A stretch of 64,000 nt of DNA, taken from Candidatus Poribacteria bacterium. Lineage in GTDB: Bacteria > Poribacteria > WGA-4E > WGA-3G. The notes under the pieces are model-generated. The model was not told the origin of the DNA. It saw only the letters and a list, made by a program, of their open reading frames with translations, and did no database searches. Within the stretch, counting starts at the first letter, position 1. Each line of letters opens with the position of its first letter. The stretch lies in NCBI GenBank assembly GCA_963665235.2, contig CAXXLX010000001.1:2944001-3008000 (forward strand), written 5' to 3'. The position numbers and the translations under genes are program-made. This document shows positions 9,180-19,888 of the stretch, piece by piece.

Positions 9180-10175
9180 TTACACCGGAAAATCGAGATG
9201 CTGTTCTCGGAAAACTTGACTGACAGATCTGTGCTGGTGGACCCTCAGAATAGCAGCAGCGAGAAGCGGTGCAATAGAAAGCACTTTGATTTTTCCATCA
9301 AGTCGCTTTTCGTCTGGAATAGGGATTGTATCGGTGGTAACCACTTCGCGAATTGAAGGGTGTTTCAGTCGCTCCAGTGCGGGCCCAACAAGTACAGCAT
9401 GCGCGATGCTCACATAAGCAGGCTTCGCGCCAGCTGCTGCCAGAGCTTGCGCTTGTTCGTAAATGCTCCCACCTGTTGCTATTTCATCATCGATAATGAT
9501 CGGGGTTTTTCCTTTTACCTCGCCGACGAGTTCAACGAATTCGACATCCTGTCCATCGTCCCCCTTCCTACGCTTGTGCATGATAGCTAACGGGAGGCGA
9601 AGGATTTTTGCGTATTTTTCTGCAAGCTTTGCACGGCCGACATCAGGGGCAACAATCACGCCGTTCTCTATCTGTTTTTCTTCAAAATAGCCTGCCAAAG
9701 TTGTTAAGGCGGTGAGGTGGTCCATAGGAATATCAAAGAATCCTTGGATTTGTGGTACGTGCAAGTCAATAGCCATAACTCGGCTTGCGCCGGCAGTCGT
9801 CAGGAGATTGGCTACAAGTTTCGCGCTAATCGGTTCTCTGCCTGTTGTTTTGTGGTCTTGTCGGGCGTACCCGAAGTATGGGATAATTGCAGTAATCTGT
9901 CGCGCGGATGCCCGTTTCATGGCATCAATCGTAATCAGCAATTCCATCAAGTTTTCGTTAGCCGGTTCACACGTCGGTTGAATGTGATAGATGTCAGTGC
10001 CGCGGATACTTTCCTCTATCTGTACACGTGTTTCACTGTTCGGAAATGGGCCGATTGAAATCTTTCCGAGTTCAACGCCTAAAATCGCGGCAATTTCTTC
10101 TGCCAAAGCCGCGTTTGCGCGTCCGGCAAATAGTCTGAAATCGGCGCGAACTTGCTGGTCTATCAATGTGGACAT
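9180..10175 (-). CDS. prs: ribose-phosphate pyrophosphokinase
   Basis: YFGYARQD, DLHVPQIQGFF, IDDEIATGGS. Confidence 0.97.
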   Translation of the reverse strand: MSTLIDQQVRADFRLFAGRANAALAEEIAAILGVELGKISIGPFPNSETRVQIEESIRGTDIYHIQPTCEPANENLMELLITIDAMKRASARQITAIIPYFGYARQDHKTTGREPISAKLVANLLTTAGASRVMAIDLHVPQIQGFFDIPMDHLTALTTLAGYFEEKQIENGVIVAPDVGRAKLAEKYAKILRLPLAIMHKRRKGDDGQDVEFVELVGEVKGKTPIIIDDEIATGGSIYEQAQALAAAGAKPAYVSIAHAVLVGPALERLKHPSIREVVTTDTIPIPDEKRLDGKIKVLSIAPLLAAAILRVHQHRSVSQVFREQHLDFPV

Positions 10176-10220
10176 GCCAAAATCTCCTTCGGGGTTGAAA
10201 CCCCTGCTTTAAGAGTAAAA

Positions 10221-11840
10221 TCAGATTAGCGATTCACCTGTCATCTCAGCCGGTTGTTCTAGGCCGAGAAGGCGGAGTGCCGTAGGTGCAATATCCGCGA
10301 GCCTCCCGCCAGTCCGGAGGGGGTGCCCCGTGAAACGTTCATCTACAAGTATGAGGTCAACGTCGTAAGTGGTGTGAGCAGTGTGAATACCCCCGGTTGT
10401 TGGCTCAATCATCTGTTCACAATTACCGTGGTCGGCGGTGACGATGAGGCTTCCCCCCTTTTTCAGTGCTGCGTTAACAATTTTTCCGACTCCCGTGTCA
10501 ACGGCTTCAACTGCCTTGATAGCAGCAGGAAGTGAACCTGTATGTCCGACCATATCTCCGTTGGCGTAGTTGAGTATCATTAAATCATATTTGTCAGACG
10601 CGATTCTGCGTAGCATCTCCGCTGTTACCGCCGGGGCTGACATCTCAGGCTTCTGGTCATAGGTAGTGACATCACGCGGGGAGGCGATAATTTGACGCTC
10701 TTCCCCAATGTAGGGTTCATCTCGATAATCGTTGAAAAAGAAGGTAACGTGCGGAAATTTTTCTGTTTCTGCACACCGAAATTGCGTTAATCCTACCTCA
10801 CTAAGATAAGCCCCGAGCGTATTGCGCATTTTCGGGGGTTTTGTGATGGCTGCTTCAACAGGCATTCCTTGCTCATACTCAGTCATCGTTACAAATTTAA
10901 CGCTTAATTTTCGATTCCGTTTAAAACCCATTTCTCGCGTGATACCGTCTTTTCCTTCCCCTTCAAACGGAAATGTATCCAGACAGAAAGCTTTGGCGAG
11001 CTCCCGCGGCCGGTCCCCTCGGAAGTTATAGAAAATAACAGCATCTCCATCAGCAATCCGGGGGAGCGGTTCACCGCTGCTGTCAACAACCACGGTCGGC
11101 CTAATAAACTCATCGCCTTTGCGGTTCGTGTCGTCCGGATGTTTGTAGTAATCACGGTAAGCATCTGTGGCAGCGGTTACACGTTCACCAACCCCCTCGG
11201 TCAGGAGACGATACGCTAGCTCAACCCGTTCCCATCGGTCGTCTCTATCCATGGCGTAGTAGCGTCCGACCACCGAGGCTATCTGTCCAATGGCAAGTGC
11301 TTTGGACTTTGCCTCAATCTGTTCGCAGAACTGAATGCCGAGGTCAGGCTGACAATCACGGCCATCGCTGAAATTATGAATTAAGACCTGATTCGCTTTC
11401 AACCCGTTCGCCTTGGCAAGTGCAAGGAGCCCATAGAGGTGTTCAAGTGAACTGTGAACACCTGCATCGCTTGCCAATCCCATAAGGTGTAAATTCGTGT
11501 TGCTGTTTTTAACATGGGCGATTGCGGCTAAAAGCACTCTGTTCTGGGCGAACTCACCGGAGCGAATCATCGTGCTGATACGCAGGAGCTCCTGATTGAC
11601 AATCCGTCCAGCCCCAATGTTCTGATGCCCGACTTCACTGTTCCCGATGACACCCGCCGGTAAACCGACATCCTCACCGGAGGTATGAATAAGCACGTGT
11701 GGATAGTTCTGCCGTAACCAATCATCTGTGGGGGTTTTCGCGAGATGAATGGCGTTTGCTCTATTCCATTCGGGGTGCGGGTTATGTCCCCATCCGTCTC
11801 GAATGATGAGCACAATAGGACGTTTTTGTAATTTTGTCAC
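10221..11840 (-). CDS. gpmI: 2,3-bisphosphoglycerate-independent phosphoglycerate mutase
   Basis: GNSEVGH, GRYYAMDRD, AETEKFPHVTFF, DMVGHTG, TADHGN. Confidence 0.97.
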   Translation of the reverse strand: MTKLQKRPIVLIIRDGWGHNPHPEWNRANAIHLAKTPTDDWLRQNYPHVLIHTSGEDVGLPAGVIGNSEVGHQNIGAGRIVNQELLRISTMIRSGEFAQNRVLLAAIAHVKNSNTNLHLMGLASDAGVHSSLEHLYGLLALAKANGLKANQVLIHNFSDGRDCQPDLGIQFCEQIEAKSKALAIGQIASVVGRYYAMDRDDRWERVELAYRLLTEGVGERVTAATDAYRDYYKHPDDTNRKGDEFIRPTVVVDSSGEPLPRIADGDAVIFYNFRGDRPRELAKAFCLDTFPFEGEGKDGITREMGFKRNRKLSVKFVTMTEYEQGMPVEAAITKPPKMRNTLGAYLSEVGLTQFRCAETEKFPHVTFFFNDYRDEPYIGEERQIIASPRDVTTYDQKPEMSAPAVTAEMLRRIASDKYDLMILNYANGDMVGHTGSLPAAIKAVEAVDTGVGKIVNAALKKGGSLIVTADHGNCEQMIEPTTGGIHTAHTTYDVDLILVDERFTGHPLRTGGRLADIAPTALRLLGLEQPAEMTGESLI

Positions 11841-11904
11841 ACAAATTCCTTTCTATCTGGTCCAAAAGACCGTGAAATCTTGTTTGAAACCTGCTATAAT
11901 ATTT

Positions 11905-12489
11905 TTATTCGGATTGCTCGAGTATGGCGCGTCTGTAGATGACATGCAAGGGCACCGCACAGTCAATTGAACTCAGCGGCAGCAGAGCATCAAGGCTCTG
12001 AAACGTGTCTTGATTCCACTGTGTTCCTTGGCGGTGATAACGTTCGATATGAATCGTGGCTTGTGAGATAAGGATGTATTCTTGCAAGGAGATAAGTCCC
12101 TGATACCGTTCGAATTTCTCACCTTGGTCATACACCGCTGTGGAGGGTGACAGCACTTCCATAATAACAATCGGGTTGAGGAGCGTGTCAAAGGTATCAT
12201 CCTCAAAACGCGGTTCATCGCGGACGACAAGGACATCCGGATAAAAGTAGGCGGATTTTGCTGGACCCGGTCGCACGCGCATATCACCGACAAAAACTTC
12301 ACATTCGCGCGCCATCAGTTGGCTGTTAAGGTCCGTTGCTGTGTCCACTGTAATCCGATTATGTGCGCGGCTTGCTCCAGACATTGCGATAATTTTCCCA
12401 TCAAGATATTCGTTTTTGAACGGTGCTTTGCGTTCCCAAGCGATGTATTCATCGGGAGTCAGATAGGTTTGTGCTGCAAGAGATGCCAT
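11905..12489 (-). CDS. Uma2 family endonuclease
   Basis: YFYPDV, EVLSPST..YD.GEKF; RBS GGAGG. Confidence 0.92.
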   Translation of the reverse strand: MASLAAQTYLTPDEYIAWERKAPFKNEYLDGKIIAMSGASRAHNRITVDTATDLNSQLMARECEVFVGDMRVRPGPAKSAYFYPDVLVVRDEPRFEDDTFDTLLNPIVIMEVLSPSTAVYDQGEKFERYQGLISLQEYILISQATIHIERYHRQGTQWNQDTFQSLDALLPLSSIDCAVPLHVIYRRAILEQSE

Positions 12490-12558
12490 AAATACCTCCA
12501 CAATTTGTGGGACGTTTTTTGTAACATGATTTTAACAAATTTCTAAGGAAAAATCAAG

Positions 12559-13794
12559 ATGTCATTTAAGTCTATCTTCATTTCGGTTTTTTTGGGCACC
12601 GTTCTGATTATCATTGCACTGATTTTCAATGCGAAACGCCCCGAGACAGACACGAACCAGCCGAGCCCTGATTTCATACGCGCGACTGGTAAGTGTGCTG
12701 CGTGCCACCGCCGTGAAACTGCCGCGGTTGTTCACCAATTCGAACGTAGTGAGCATGCGAAACAAGGCGTGACATGCCTAGATTGTCATAACGGTGTGGC
12801 GGGACAAGAGACACAAGCGCACCGAGGGTTCACGATTGCGAAACACCTCACTGCAAAGAATTGTAGTCAATGCCATTCAACGGAGTATACGCAATTCCTG
12901 CGGAGCCGGCATGCAGCCCCTGCCTGGGCAGCGGTGTCCGGGGCGAGAGATTTTACTACGGAACAGATTGCTTTCGCCGAAAAATATCACAAAGGGGCGG
13001 TGAATCGGCCTGCTAACGCATTAGCAATTGCAGAAGGTCAAAGTGCTATTAACGTCGGATGTTTGGGATGCCACGATATAGGCAAACCGAATGCTGATGG
13101 CTCCATCGGGACCTGTACAGCCTGTCATGCACGCCATTCTTCCTCTATTGCTTTGGCGCGCGAACCGCAGACCTGCGGACAATGCCACATGGGGCCCGAC
13201 CATTCGCAAATTGAAATTTATCATGAATCTAAGCACGGTGTCTTATACAATGCACAAAAGGCGGATATGAATCTCAACGCGCGCCCTAAGGAGTTGACTA
13301 CGGCGGATATGTTCATCCCAACTTGTGCAACCTGCCATCTCAGCGGGCTGGATGGTTTGAATGTGACCCATGATACAACCGAGCGGCTTTCGTATTGGTT
13401 ATTTGCGGCGGTCTCTGATAAACGTCCCACTTATCAGCAAGGCCAGGACGCAATGCAAGAAACATGTCTGAAATGTCACGCGCGCTCGCAGGTAAAACGG
13501 TACTATGAAGAAGCGGAGGACGTTGTCACTGACACGAATCTGAAAATTACCGAGGCTCAGGAATTAATGAAATCCCTTCGTGAAGCGGGTTTACTGACCA
13601 AAACGCCTTTTGATGAACCGATAGAATTCCTCTACTTTGACTTATGGCATTACTACGGGAGGACTGCGAAGCATGGGGCTTTTATGGGCGGTGCTGACTT
13701 CGTTCAGTGGCACGGAAATTATGAACTTTTGTTAAAGATGACGGAGCTGAAAAAAATTGCTGAAGAACTTAGGAGAAACCGTGAAAATCCGTGA
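12559..13794 (+). CDS. octaheme cytochrome c, hydroxylamine oxidoreductase (HAO)-like
   Basis: N-terminal TM segment; 8 CxxCH motifs; CGQCHMGPDH...EIY.ESKHG. Confidence 0.85.
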   Translation: MSFKSIFISVFLGTVLIIIALIFNAKRPETDTNQPSPDFIRATGKCAACHRRETAAVVHQFERSEHAKQGVTCLDCHNGVAGQETQAHRGFTIAKHLTAKNCSQCHSTEYTQFLRSRHAAPAWAAVSGARDFTTEQIAFAEKYHKGAVNRPANALAIAEGQSAINVGCLGCHDIGKPNADGSIGTCTACHARHSSSIALAREPQTCGQCHMGPDHSQIEIYHESKHGVLYNAQKADMNLNARPKELTTADMFIPTCATCHLSGLDGLNVTHDTTERLSYWLFAAVSDKRPTYQQGQDAMQETCLKCHARSQVKRYYEEAEDVVTDTNLKITEAQELMKSLREAGLLTKTPFDEPIEFLYFDLWHYYGRTAKHGAFMGGADFVQWHGNYELLLKMTELKKIAEELRRNRENP

Positions 13795-14572
13795 CGGGTT
13801 AGCCGCTAAATTGCTTGACGTTTTCATTGTGGCGAACCTTGCATTTTTAGCACTTGACGTGTTTATGGCACACGCGGCTAATGCCTTTGCGCATTGGGCG
13901 GAATGGATACCCTTTTATTTTTCGTTGGGAGCTCCGGGGCTGCTCGCGCTAACTCTGTTTACGAAAAAAAAGCGGTGGAAGCACTGGTGCCGGGTTGGCA
14001 TCGGATACGGGGCTATCAGCATTGGCGTTGCTGGCATGTTATTTCACCTTAACAGCCACTTTTTCTCCCATTTGACCTTGAAAAACCTTGTTTACGCTGC
14101 TCCTTTTGTGGCACCACTCGCTTTTACTGGGTTGGGGTTCTTGCTAATTATGAACGGTATGATTCGCGATGCGGATTTGGAGTGGGCACAATGGGTTGTG
14201 TTTATCGCCGGATGCGGATGGGGTGGCAATTTTATCCTTTCCATTCTTGACCACGCGCAAAACGGTTTTTTCAACCCAACCGAATGGCTACCGGTATTTA
14301 CGAGTGCTATGGCTGTTGGATGTTTGGCGACGGTTTTCCTTATACCCTATCAACCGCTCTTTCTCAAATTCTGCATAGTGGTATTAGGTGTTAACCTTAT
14401 CGTCGGCGTTGCGGGTTTCGGTTTCCATTTTGCGGCAAATTTGCAGGTGCCGGCGGTAGGACAAACAGCGAGATTCCTCTATGGTGCCCCTCTGTTTGCC
14501 CCGTTGCTGTTTCCAAATCTATCGGTATTGGCGATATTAGGCATCTACAAATTGCAAGCGGAAGCTGTGTAA
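13781..14572 (+). CDS. polytopic membrane protein, partner of the HAO-like cytochrome
   Basis: GTG start with RBS AGGAG overlapping the upstream stop; about 8 TM segments; internal 2-fold repeat with conserved His. Confidence 0.75.
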   Translation: MKIRDGLAAKLLDVFIVANLAFLALDVFMAHAANAFAHWAEWIPFYFSLGAPGLLALTLFTKKKRWKHWCRVGIGYGAISIGVAGMLFHLNSHFFSHLTLKNLVYAAPFVAPLAFTGLGFLLIMNGMIRDADLEWAQWVVFIAGCGWGGNFILSILDHAQNGFFNPTEWLPVFTSAMAVGCLATVFLIPYQPLFLKFCIVVLGVNLIVGVAGFGFHFAANLQVPAVGQTARFLYGAPLFAPLLFPNLSVLAILGIYKLQAEAV

Positions 14573-14575
14573 CAG

Positions 14576-15325
14576 TCATTCTGCTGCCGCCTTAAGTTTT
14601 CCCCACGTTGTAGCGAGTTTTCCGCGTGCTTCTACGTTCTGGGGTGTCCCCATGACTTTTCGGATGTCCGCTCCGCTCAAGGTTTTTTCATAGAGCCGGA
14701 CCTCATCAATTTTACCGGGAAAAAAGTCGGTGGGGCGTCCGAAATCATCGCCCCCAATCCATAAATCTAAGTCGGAGGGGGTAATAGGAACGTTGTTTGG
14801 GGTTTCCCCCTCTAATTTGCCGTTTACGTAGACCTTCATCGTCTTTCCGTCGAATGTTCCGGCAAAATGATACCACTGCCCGATTTTCCAATTGGTTGTT
14901 GTAGATTCTGCAAAGGTATTGTCTGGTTTGACGAGAAAATCGATGCTGTTTGTGTCGCCGAAGTCAAAAATGATGAAGATGGAGTTATTCTTAACCATCA
15001 GACGACGGCTGGTTAGGGCATCATTTGGACTGAACCATGCCATCAGCGTGATATTTTCTTGTATGTCTAATGCGTCATTATCTTTAACAACGACATGGTC
15101 GGCTACACCATCAAATTCTAGGGCTGTGCCGAACTTACCATCAACCCATTTAGGGGCTCCAGCAAACTTTCCGTCATGTCCGTTGCCAGTGACATCTGCT
15201 GCTGTTTTTCCGTTGCCCTCGTCAAAGGCCCAGTAAGCGACGAGCCCATCCTCAGCAGGATTCGCGATGCTGATGTTGGTAATCAGGAAGAGTGTACATA
15301 ATGACACTAAGGTGACTTTGAGCAT
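14576..15325 (-). CDS. secreted LamG/concanavalin A-like domain protein
   Basis: GLVAYWAFDEG, WYHFAGTFDG, GKIDEVRLY; C-terminal GKLATTWGKLK. Confidence 0.92.
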   Translation of the reverse strand: MLKVTLVSLCTLFLITNISIANPAEDGLVAYWAFDEGNGKTAADVTGNGHDGKFAGAPKWVDGKFGTALEFDGVADHVVVKDNDALDIQENITLMAWFSPNDALTSRRLMVKNNSIFIIFDFGDTNSIDFLVKPDNTFAESTTTNWKIGQWYHFAGTFDGKTMKVYVNGKLEGETPNNVPITPSDLDLWIGGDDFGRPTDFFPGKIDEVRLYEKTLSGADIRKVMGTPQNVEARGKLATTWGKLKAAAE

Positions 15326-15483
15326 TGTAAATTCTCCTTTGTAAAAGCAAAATGTTGGATTTGTCTCTTGGGATACTATTATATTATACCATAAGTCCTA
15401 ACCTTGCGAAAATCCAATATTTCTGATAAAATAGATGGCAAATTGAGACCTGGGCAGGTTAATTCTATAGGCGGTATTTCACA

Positions 15484-16620
15484 ATGCGTAAAATAGCACA
15501 CGTAGAAGTTTTTCCCACTGCTATCGGACTTAAAGATGTCTTTACCATCGGCACTGGCTTTGTCGGTGCCCCAGATGCAGCGGGACATCATATCTTCGTC
15601 AAAATTACAACGGACGATGGTTATATCGGTTGGGGGGAACAGCGCGCCCTCCCCTCTTGGAGCTACGAAACGACTGAATCCATCGTAACTACTATTCAAC
15701 ACTACATCGCGCCCCTGCTTCTTGGACAGAATCCGCTGCACCTCAACGCAATTCATGACGAAATCTATCAGACATTGAAACCGGCTGTGAGCAACGGGCA
15801 TCCCTTCGCGAAGGCGGCTGTTGATATCGCTTTGCACGACCTCATTGGACGTATCCTGAATGTACCACTGCACACACTCTTCGGCGGGAAACGACAGGAC
15901 ACACTTCCGCTCTGCTACGCTTTGAGTATTGATACACCTGAAATAATGGGGTTGAAGGCGAAAGCGTTGTCCCCTTGTTCATGTTTCAAAGTGAAAGTTG
16001 CTGGCACCCCCGCCGCGGATGCTGAGCGGCTACATGCAGTAAATGAAGCCGTACCAGATGCTAAACTCTGGATTGATGCAAATCAGTCCTACACACCCGC
16101 TAATGCAATTGAATTGCTCAAACGCACAGCAGATATTCGCGAAATTTACTGCATGGAACAACCGGTAGCAAGCCAAGACTGGTTCGGTATGAAACGGGTA
16201 AGAGACCGCGCGACGATTCCTGTTGCTATTGATGAGGGCTGCTTTACCTCCTTCGACCTGTCAAAAATTGCACGCCTTGAATGCGCGGATGCTGTCGTTT
16301 TGAAGATTTGTAAATCTGGGGGGCTAGCGGAATGCCTTAAGAGCGTTCACGTCGCTGAAGCAAATGCATTGGAATTGCTCGGCAGCGGTTTGACAGAAGC
16401 AGGTATCGGTTTTATTGCTAGTGTACATCTCTTTGCAACGTTGTCGCTCGTCCTGCCAGCGGAACTGAATGCCCCCGCGTTTCTGGAAACGATGGCAGTC
16501 AGCGGTATCCAAATCCGAGACCATGTCGTAACAGTGCCGATGGGGCCGGGTCTTGGTGTTACACTAGATGAAGATTATATCAAGGCACACCTGATAAAAA
16601 ATTTACAGACGCTTCTCTAA
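15484..16620 (+). CDS. enolase superfamily (mandelate racemase/muconate lactonizing enzyme-like)
   Basis: KVK, IDANQ, MEQP, IDEG, K..KSGG. Confidence 0.9.
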   Translation: MRKIAHVEVFPTAIGLKDVFTIGTGFVGAPDAAGHHIFVKITTDDGYIGWGEQRALPSWSYETTESIVTTIQHYIAPLLLGQNPLHLNAIHDEIYQTLKPAVSNGHPFAKAAVDIALHDLIGRILNVPLHTLFGGKRQDTLPLCYALSIDTPEIMGLKAKALSPCSCFKVKVAGTPAADAERLHAVNEAVPDAKLWIDANQSYTPANAIELLKRTADIREIYCMEQPVASQDWFGMKRVRDRATIPVAIDEGCFTSFDLSKIARLECADAVVLKICKSGGLAECLKSVHVAEANALELLGSGLTEAGIGFIASVHLFATLSLVLPAELNAPAFLETMAVSGIQIRDHVVTVPMGPGLGVTLDEDYIKAHLIKNLQTLL

Positions 16621-16704
16621 AAATTTTCTTGACTTTTTAGAAGGGTTTTGGTATACTATTTAATTATACTACCTTGTGACGGTTTCACAAAAAGGAGCAG
16701 AACG

Positions 16705-17173
16705 ATGAATGAGAATCAAAACATTATACTTGAGACGATGAAACAGGGTTTTGAGGCTATTAACAAAAGACTCAATAACCTTGAGAACCGTTTCGATAAC
16801 CTCGAGAGCCGCCATGATAAACTTGAATTCCGCCTCGATGCCCATGAGGAACACTTCAAAAACATTGATGCGCGTTTCGACAAAGTTGACGAGCGTTTCG
16901 ACAAAGTTGACGACGCGTTTCGAGAAACTTGAAGAGGATATCGATGCGCGTTTCGACAAAGTTGACGAACGTTTCGAGAAACTTGAAGAGGATATCGATG
17001 CGCGTTTCGACAAAGTTAACGACCGTTTCGAGAAATTCCACGAGCTCTTAAGGGAACTCACAGTGAGCCTAGCAAAAACGAACACTGAAGTGGAGTGGAT
17101 AAAAAGAATCGGGTTAGGGATTGGTGGGTCTATACTCATCTACATCGTAAAACAGATTTTCTTTGGCAGTTAG
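16705..17173 (+). pseudogene. coiled-coil repeat protein with C-terminal TM anchor, +1 frameshift at about 16914
   Basis: Promoter TTGACT-17-TATACT, RBS AAGGAG; DARFDKVDERF repeats continue across two frames. Confidence 0.7.
16865..17035 (+). repeat. intragenic tandem repeats (21- and 54-bp units)
   Basis: CGTTTCGAGAAA... recurs at 16916, 16970 and 17024. Confidence 0.85.
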
Positions 17174-17183
17174 TGTGGACATC

Positions 17184-18365
17184 TCAAGTTCGCTGTTTTG
17201 CGGTGATGAGGTAAATGCAGATTTCTACCGCAATTGCGAGGCCAATTGCTACTGCACAGAGCAGGTAAGGATTCCAAATTTCTGACTGAGAATCCGCAGC
17301 AATACCCCCCAAGAGCGGTCCCAGCAGCGTACCAACTGCTAAGACTGCTTCATGCCAACCACTCTTGTTTCCCTTGTCCGTGTGCCGGTCCAAGCCGTAA
17401 TAGAGGCTACTGAAATAGGTAAATGCGACGGACATTCCGATAGCAGCGAACGCACATGTCCAGAGTGCAGGACGCTGAAATTGCCATATCCCCACAAAAC
17501 TCAAAATTCCCACCCCCTGCATGACTAATAACGGGCCGAATCGATAGTGCCATCGGGTTGAATAGCCTGTACCGAGTACAAGAAATGCTAATGTCTGAAC
17601 GCCGCCGAGCGTGAGCATGAAATTGCCGAAAACTTTGGGCGGAATCCCCATCTCCAAGGTGAGCTTGGGGGCAAGTTGGCGCAGAATGCCGAGCGTGAAC
17701 CACGAGGCAAAGTTGGCACATCTCGCCAGATTGAGGTAGATAGTCCTCACCGTTAATGATGGATATAACGGTTCTGTTGTCTCCGGTACCGCTTCTATCC
17801 CGTGAGCGGATGATGTGGGTTTATGTGAAAAGATTGTGACAAAAGTGAGCACACTGAGAACAGTAGCAAGATAGAACGGCATAAACGGATTGGCATCCCG
17901 ATACAGATAGCTTGACGCTGTCGGTCCCAAGGTTATCCCGATGCTCCAAAACAGATTGAAAAGCATCATTCGCTGTATTAATTTACCTTCGCCTTCGCGC
18001 TCTGCAAGCCACGCCTCGTACGCAGGCCAAAAGAGTGCCATACTGATGCCGACTCCCGGAAAAATCAGGAGAAGGTGGAGCTTGCTACGACAGAAAGGCA
18101 AGCCGAGGCTGACACCTCCGACTAGCACGCATGCCGCATAAAGCATATATCGTCGTTCACTTCGATCGGAAAACCATCCGAACGGAATTGCGAGGCACGC
18201 GAAAAAAGCGGTCGGTATTGCCATCAGTACCCCAAGGAAGGTTGAGGTGAGTCCCAGTTTGCTCGTATAAAAAGAGGTATTGGTGAGAAGTCCGCTAAAC
18301 GCAAAATCTATAAGGAGTACTGGTAGATAGACGGTGAAAAGTTGAACCGGTTTTAGGTGGTGCAT
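17184..18365 (-). CDS. MFS transporter
   Basis: About 12 TM segments, GWFSDRSERR motif A. Confidence 0.88.
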   Translation of the reverse strand: MHHLKPVQLFTVYLPVLLIDFAFSGLLTNTSFYTSKLGLTSTFLGVLMAIPTAFFACLAIPFGWFSDRSERRYMLYAACVLVGGVSLGLPFCRSKLHLLLIFPGVGISMALFWPAYEAWLAEREGEGKLIQRMMLFNLFWSIGITLGPTASSYLYRDANPFMPFYLATVLSVLTFVTIFSHKPTSSAHGIEAVPETTEPLYPSLTVRTIYLNLARCANFASWFTLGILRQLAPKLTLEMGIPPKVFGNFMLTLGGVQTLAFLVLGTGYSTRWHYRFGPLLVMQGVGILSFVGIWQFQRPALWTCAFAAIGMSVAFTYFSSLYYGLDRHTDKGNKSGWHEAVLAVGTLLGPLLGGIAADSQSEIWNPYLLCAVAIGLAIAVEICIYLITAKQRT

Positions 18366-18399
18366 TTATCGCGTTCTTCAGGGATGGCACACGGTGTCT

Positions 18400-19398
18400 T
18401 TAATCCTGGAGTGCCACAATCTTTGCATCAACCGTGTGATAACCTAATGCATCCACAGGTTTCGCTTTAATCCCTTTTTCCTCTTGCGTGAGTCCATTGT
18501 GTGTTGTGGCTCTAGCGTAAATTTCGACGGGGCCTGCTTTTTTCGGCACCTCCCATTTCCATTTCCAGAGTACCCATGCAAGCGGGTTGTCTTTCGCCCA
18601 AATCTCCGCTTTTTGCCACGTTTCCCCGTAATCGATGCTCACCTCCACGGACTTGATACCGCCATGGTGGCCGGCATCAAATGCGGCACCGCTGACTGTG
18701 TAGGGTGTTCCCGCAGTAATTTCTTCGTCCATACTCGGTGTACCGATGACTGTTGCAAGTTTCACATTTGCAACCGGATCCCAGCCGCGTTTTTCCCAGT
18801 ACCCTTCATGTGTTTTTGCTAGGTGGATATTGACTATCCATTTCGGATTTTTAGTGCCGTAGTGTCCGGGGTTGAGCAATCGGATTGGGAATCCATGGTC
18901 TGTAGGGAGCGGTTTACCGTTCATCTCATAAGCGAGGAGCGTATCTTCATGCATAGCGTCAGCTAACGGAATAGCGGTATGATAGGCATCGGCGCATCGG
19001 AAGACAGCGACTTTCGCCTCAGGTTTTACCTTCACTTTTTGAAGTAGGTCGCGGAGACGTATACCTTTCCATTCGGCATTGCTCATCTGTTCTTTGCCAA
19101 TAGGGTCGCCGATGCACTTTAGGGTTCGCATCGTCTTAACCGCTTCTATTGCCGTTATGTCGGCAAGCTGCAGGGCTGCGGTAGGTTTTTCTACCAATCC
19201 GGTAATAGCCAATCGCCACTGTGCAGCGTCAATGACAATCGGTTCTCCGATTTGGAGGATATAGAATTCCTCGTTGGGGGTTATGAATGTGCGCGGTTTC
19301 AGCAAAGGTGCTTCATCGGTTTCTGCTTGTAATCGAAGCGGCAAAACTACACCTGCGGCACTCATTGCGCTCAGTTTGATGAAAGTTCTTCGTTTCAT
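18400..19398 (-). CDS. Tat-exported sulfite oxidase-family molybdoenzyme
   Basis: MKRRTFIK Tat signal, Mo-ligand Cys (LKCIG), DHGFPIRL..PG.YG.K..KW, dimerisation domain. Confidence 0.88.
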   Translation of the reverse strand: MKRRTFIKLSAMSAAGVVLPLRLQAETDEAPLLKPRTFITPNEEFYILQIGEPIVIDAAQWRLAITGLVEKPTAALQLADITAIEAVKTMRTLKCIGDPIGKEQMSNAEWKGIRLRDLLQKVKVKPEAKVAVFRCADAYHTAIPLADAMHEDTLLAYEMNGKPLPTDHGFPIRLLNPGHYGTKNPKWIVNIHLAKTHEGYWEKRGWDPVANVKLATVIGTPSMDEEITAGTPYTVSGAAFDAGHHGGIKSVEVSIDYGETWQKAEIWAKDNPLAWVLWKWKWEVPKKAGPVEIYARATTHNGLTQEEKGIKAKPVDALGYHTVDAKIVALQD

Positions 19399-19610
19399 GA
19401 GACATCCTTTTTATGCGAATCGCGCTCCGTTTTGTTGGCGCGCATCCGCATTGTAATCTTTACAACACCTCTGAGCATAATCGCCGTGCCGAAGGCAAGG
19501 AAAAGCAGCAACGCCCATGCCTTGTTATAAAAAAAATAGATAATAAAGCAGAGAACCATCAAGACAATGAAGACATTCAGAAGTGTTCTATTTTCGTACC
19601 ATTTTTGCAT
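19395..19610 (-). CDS. small 2-TM membrane protein
   Basis: Two hydrophobic helices; stop overlaps the downstream ATG (ATGA). Confidence 0.6.
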   Translation of the reverse strand: MQKWYENRTLLNVFIVLMVLCFIIYFFYNKAWALLLFLAFGTAIMLRGVVKITMRMRANKTERDSHKKDVS

Positions 19611-19888
19611 CTGTTTATATTTTTATAGCAGCAGTTTGGAATCTTATTGATGCTGCGGTCATTAGTTTATTGAAGGTGAAGTCGTTATAATTCATGTTCG
19701 CAATACCTTCACTCGAAAAAAAGTCTATATAAAAATGATACCATATACATACTTGAATGTCAACCAGAATTTAATTTGGATTCTGCACAGTTTTTTCTTG
19801 CCTTTTGTTTGATAAAGTGCTATGCTATTCCTATACATTTTATGCAGACCAAAACACCTTTTTTTAAAAGAAAGAACAGGAACGTATT

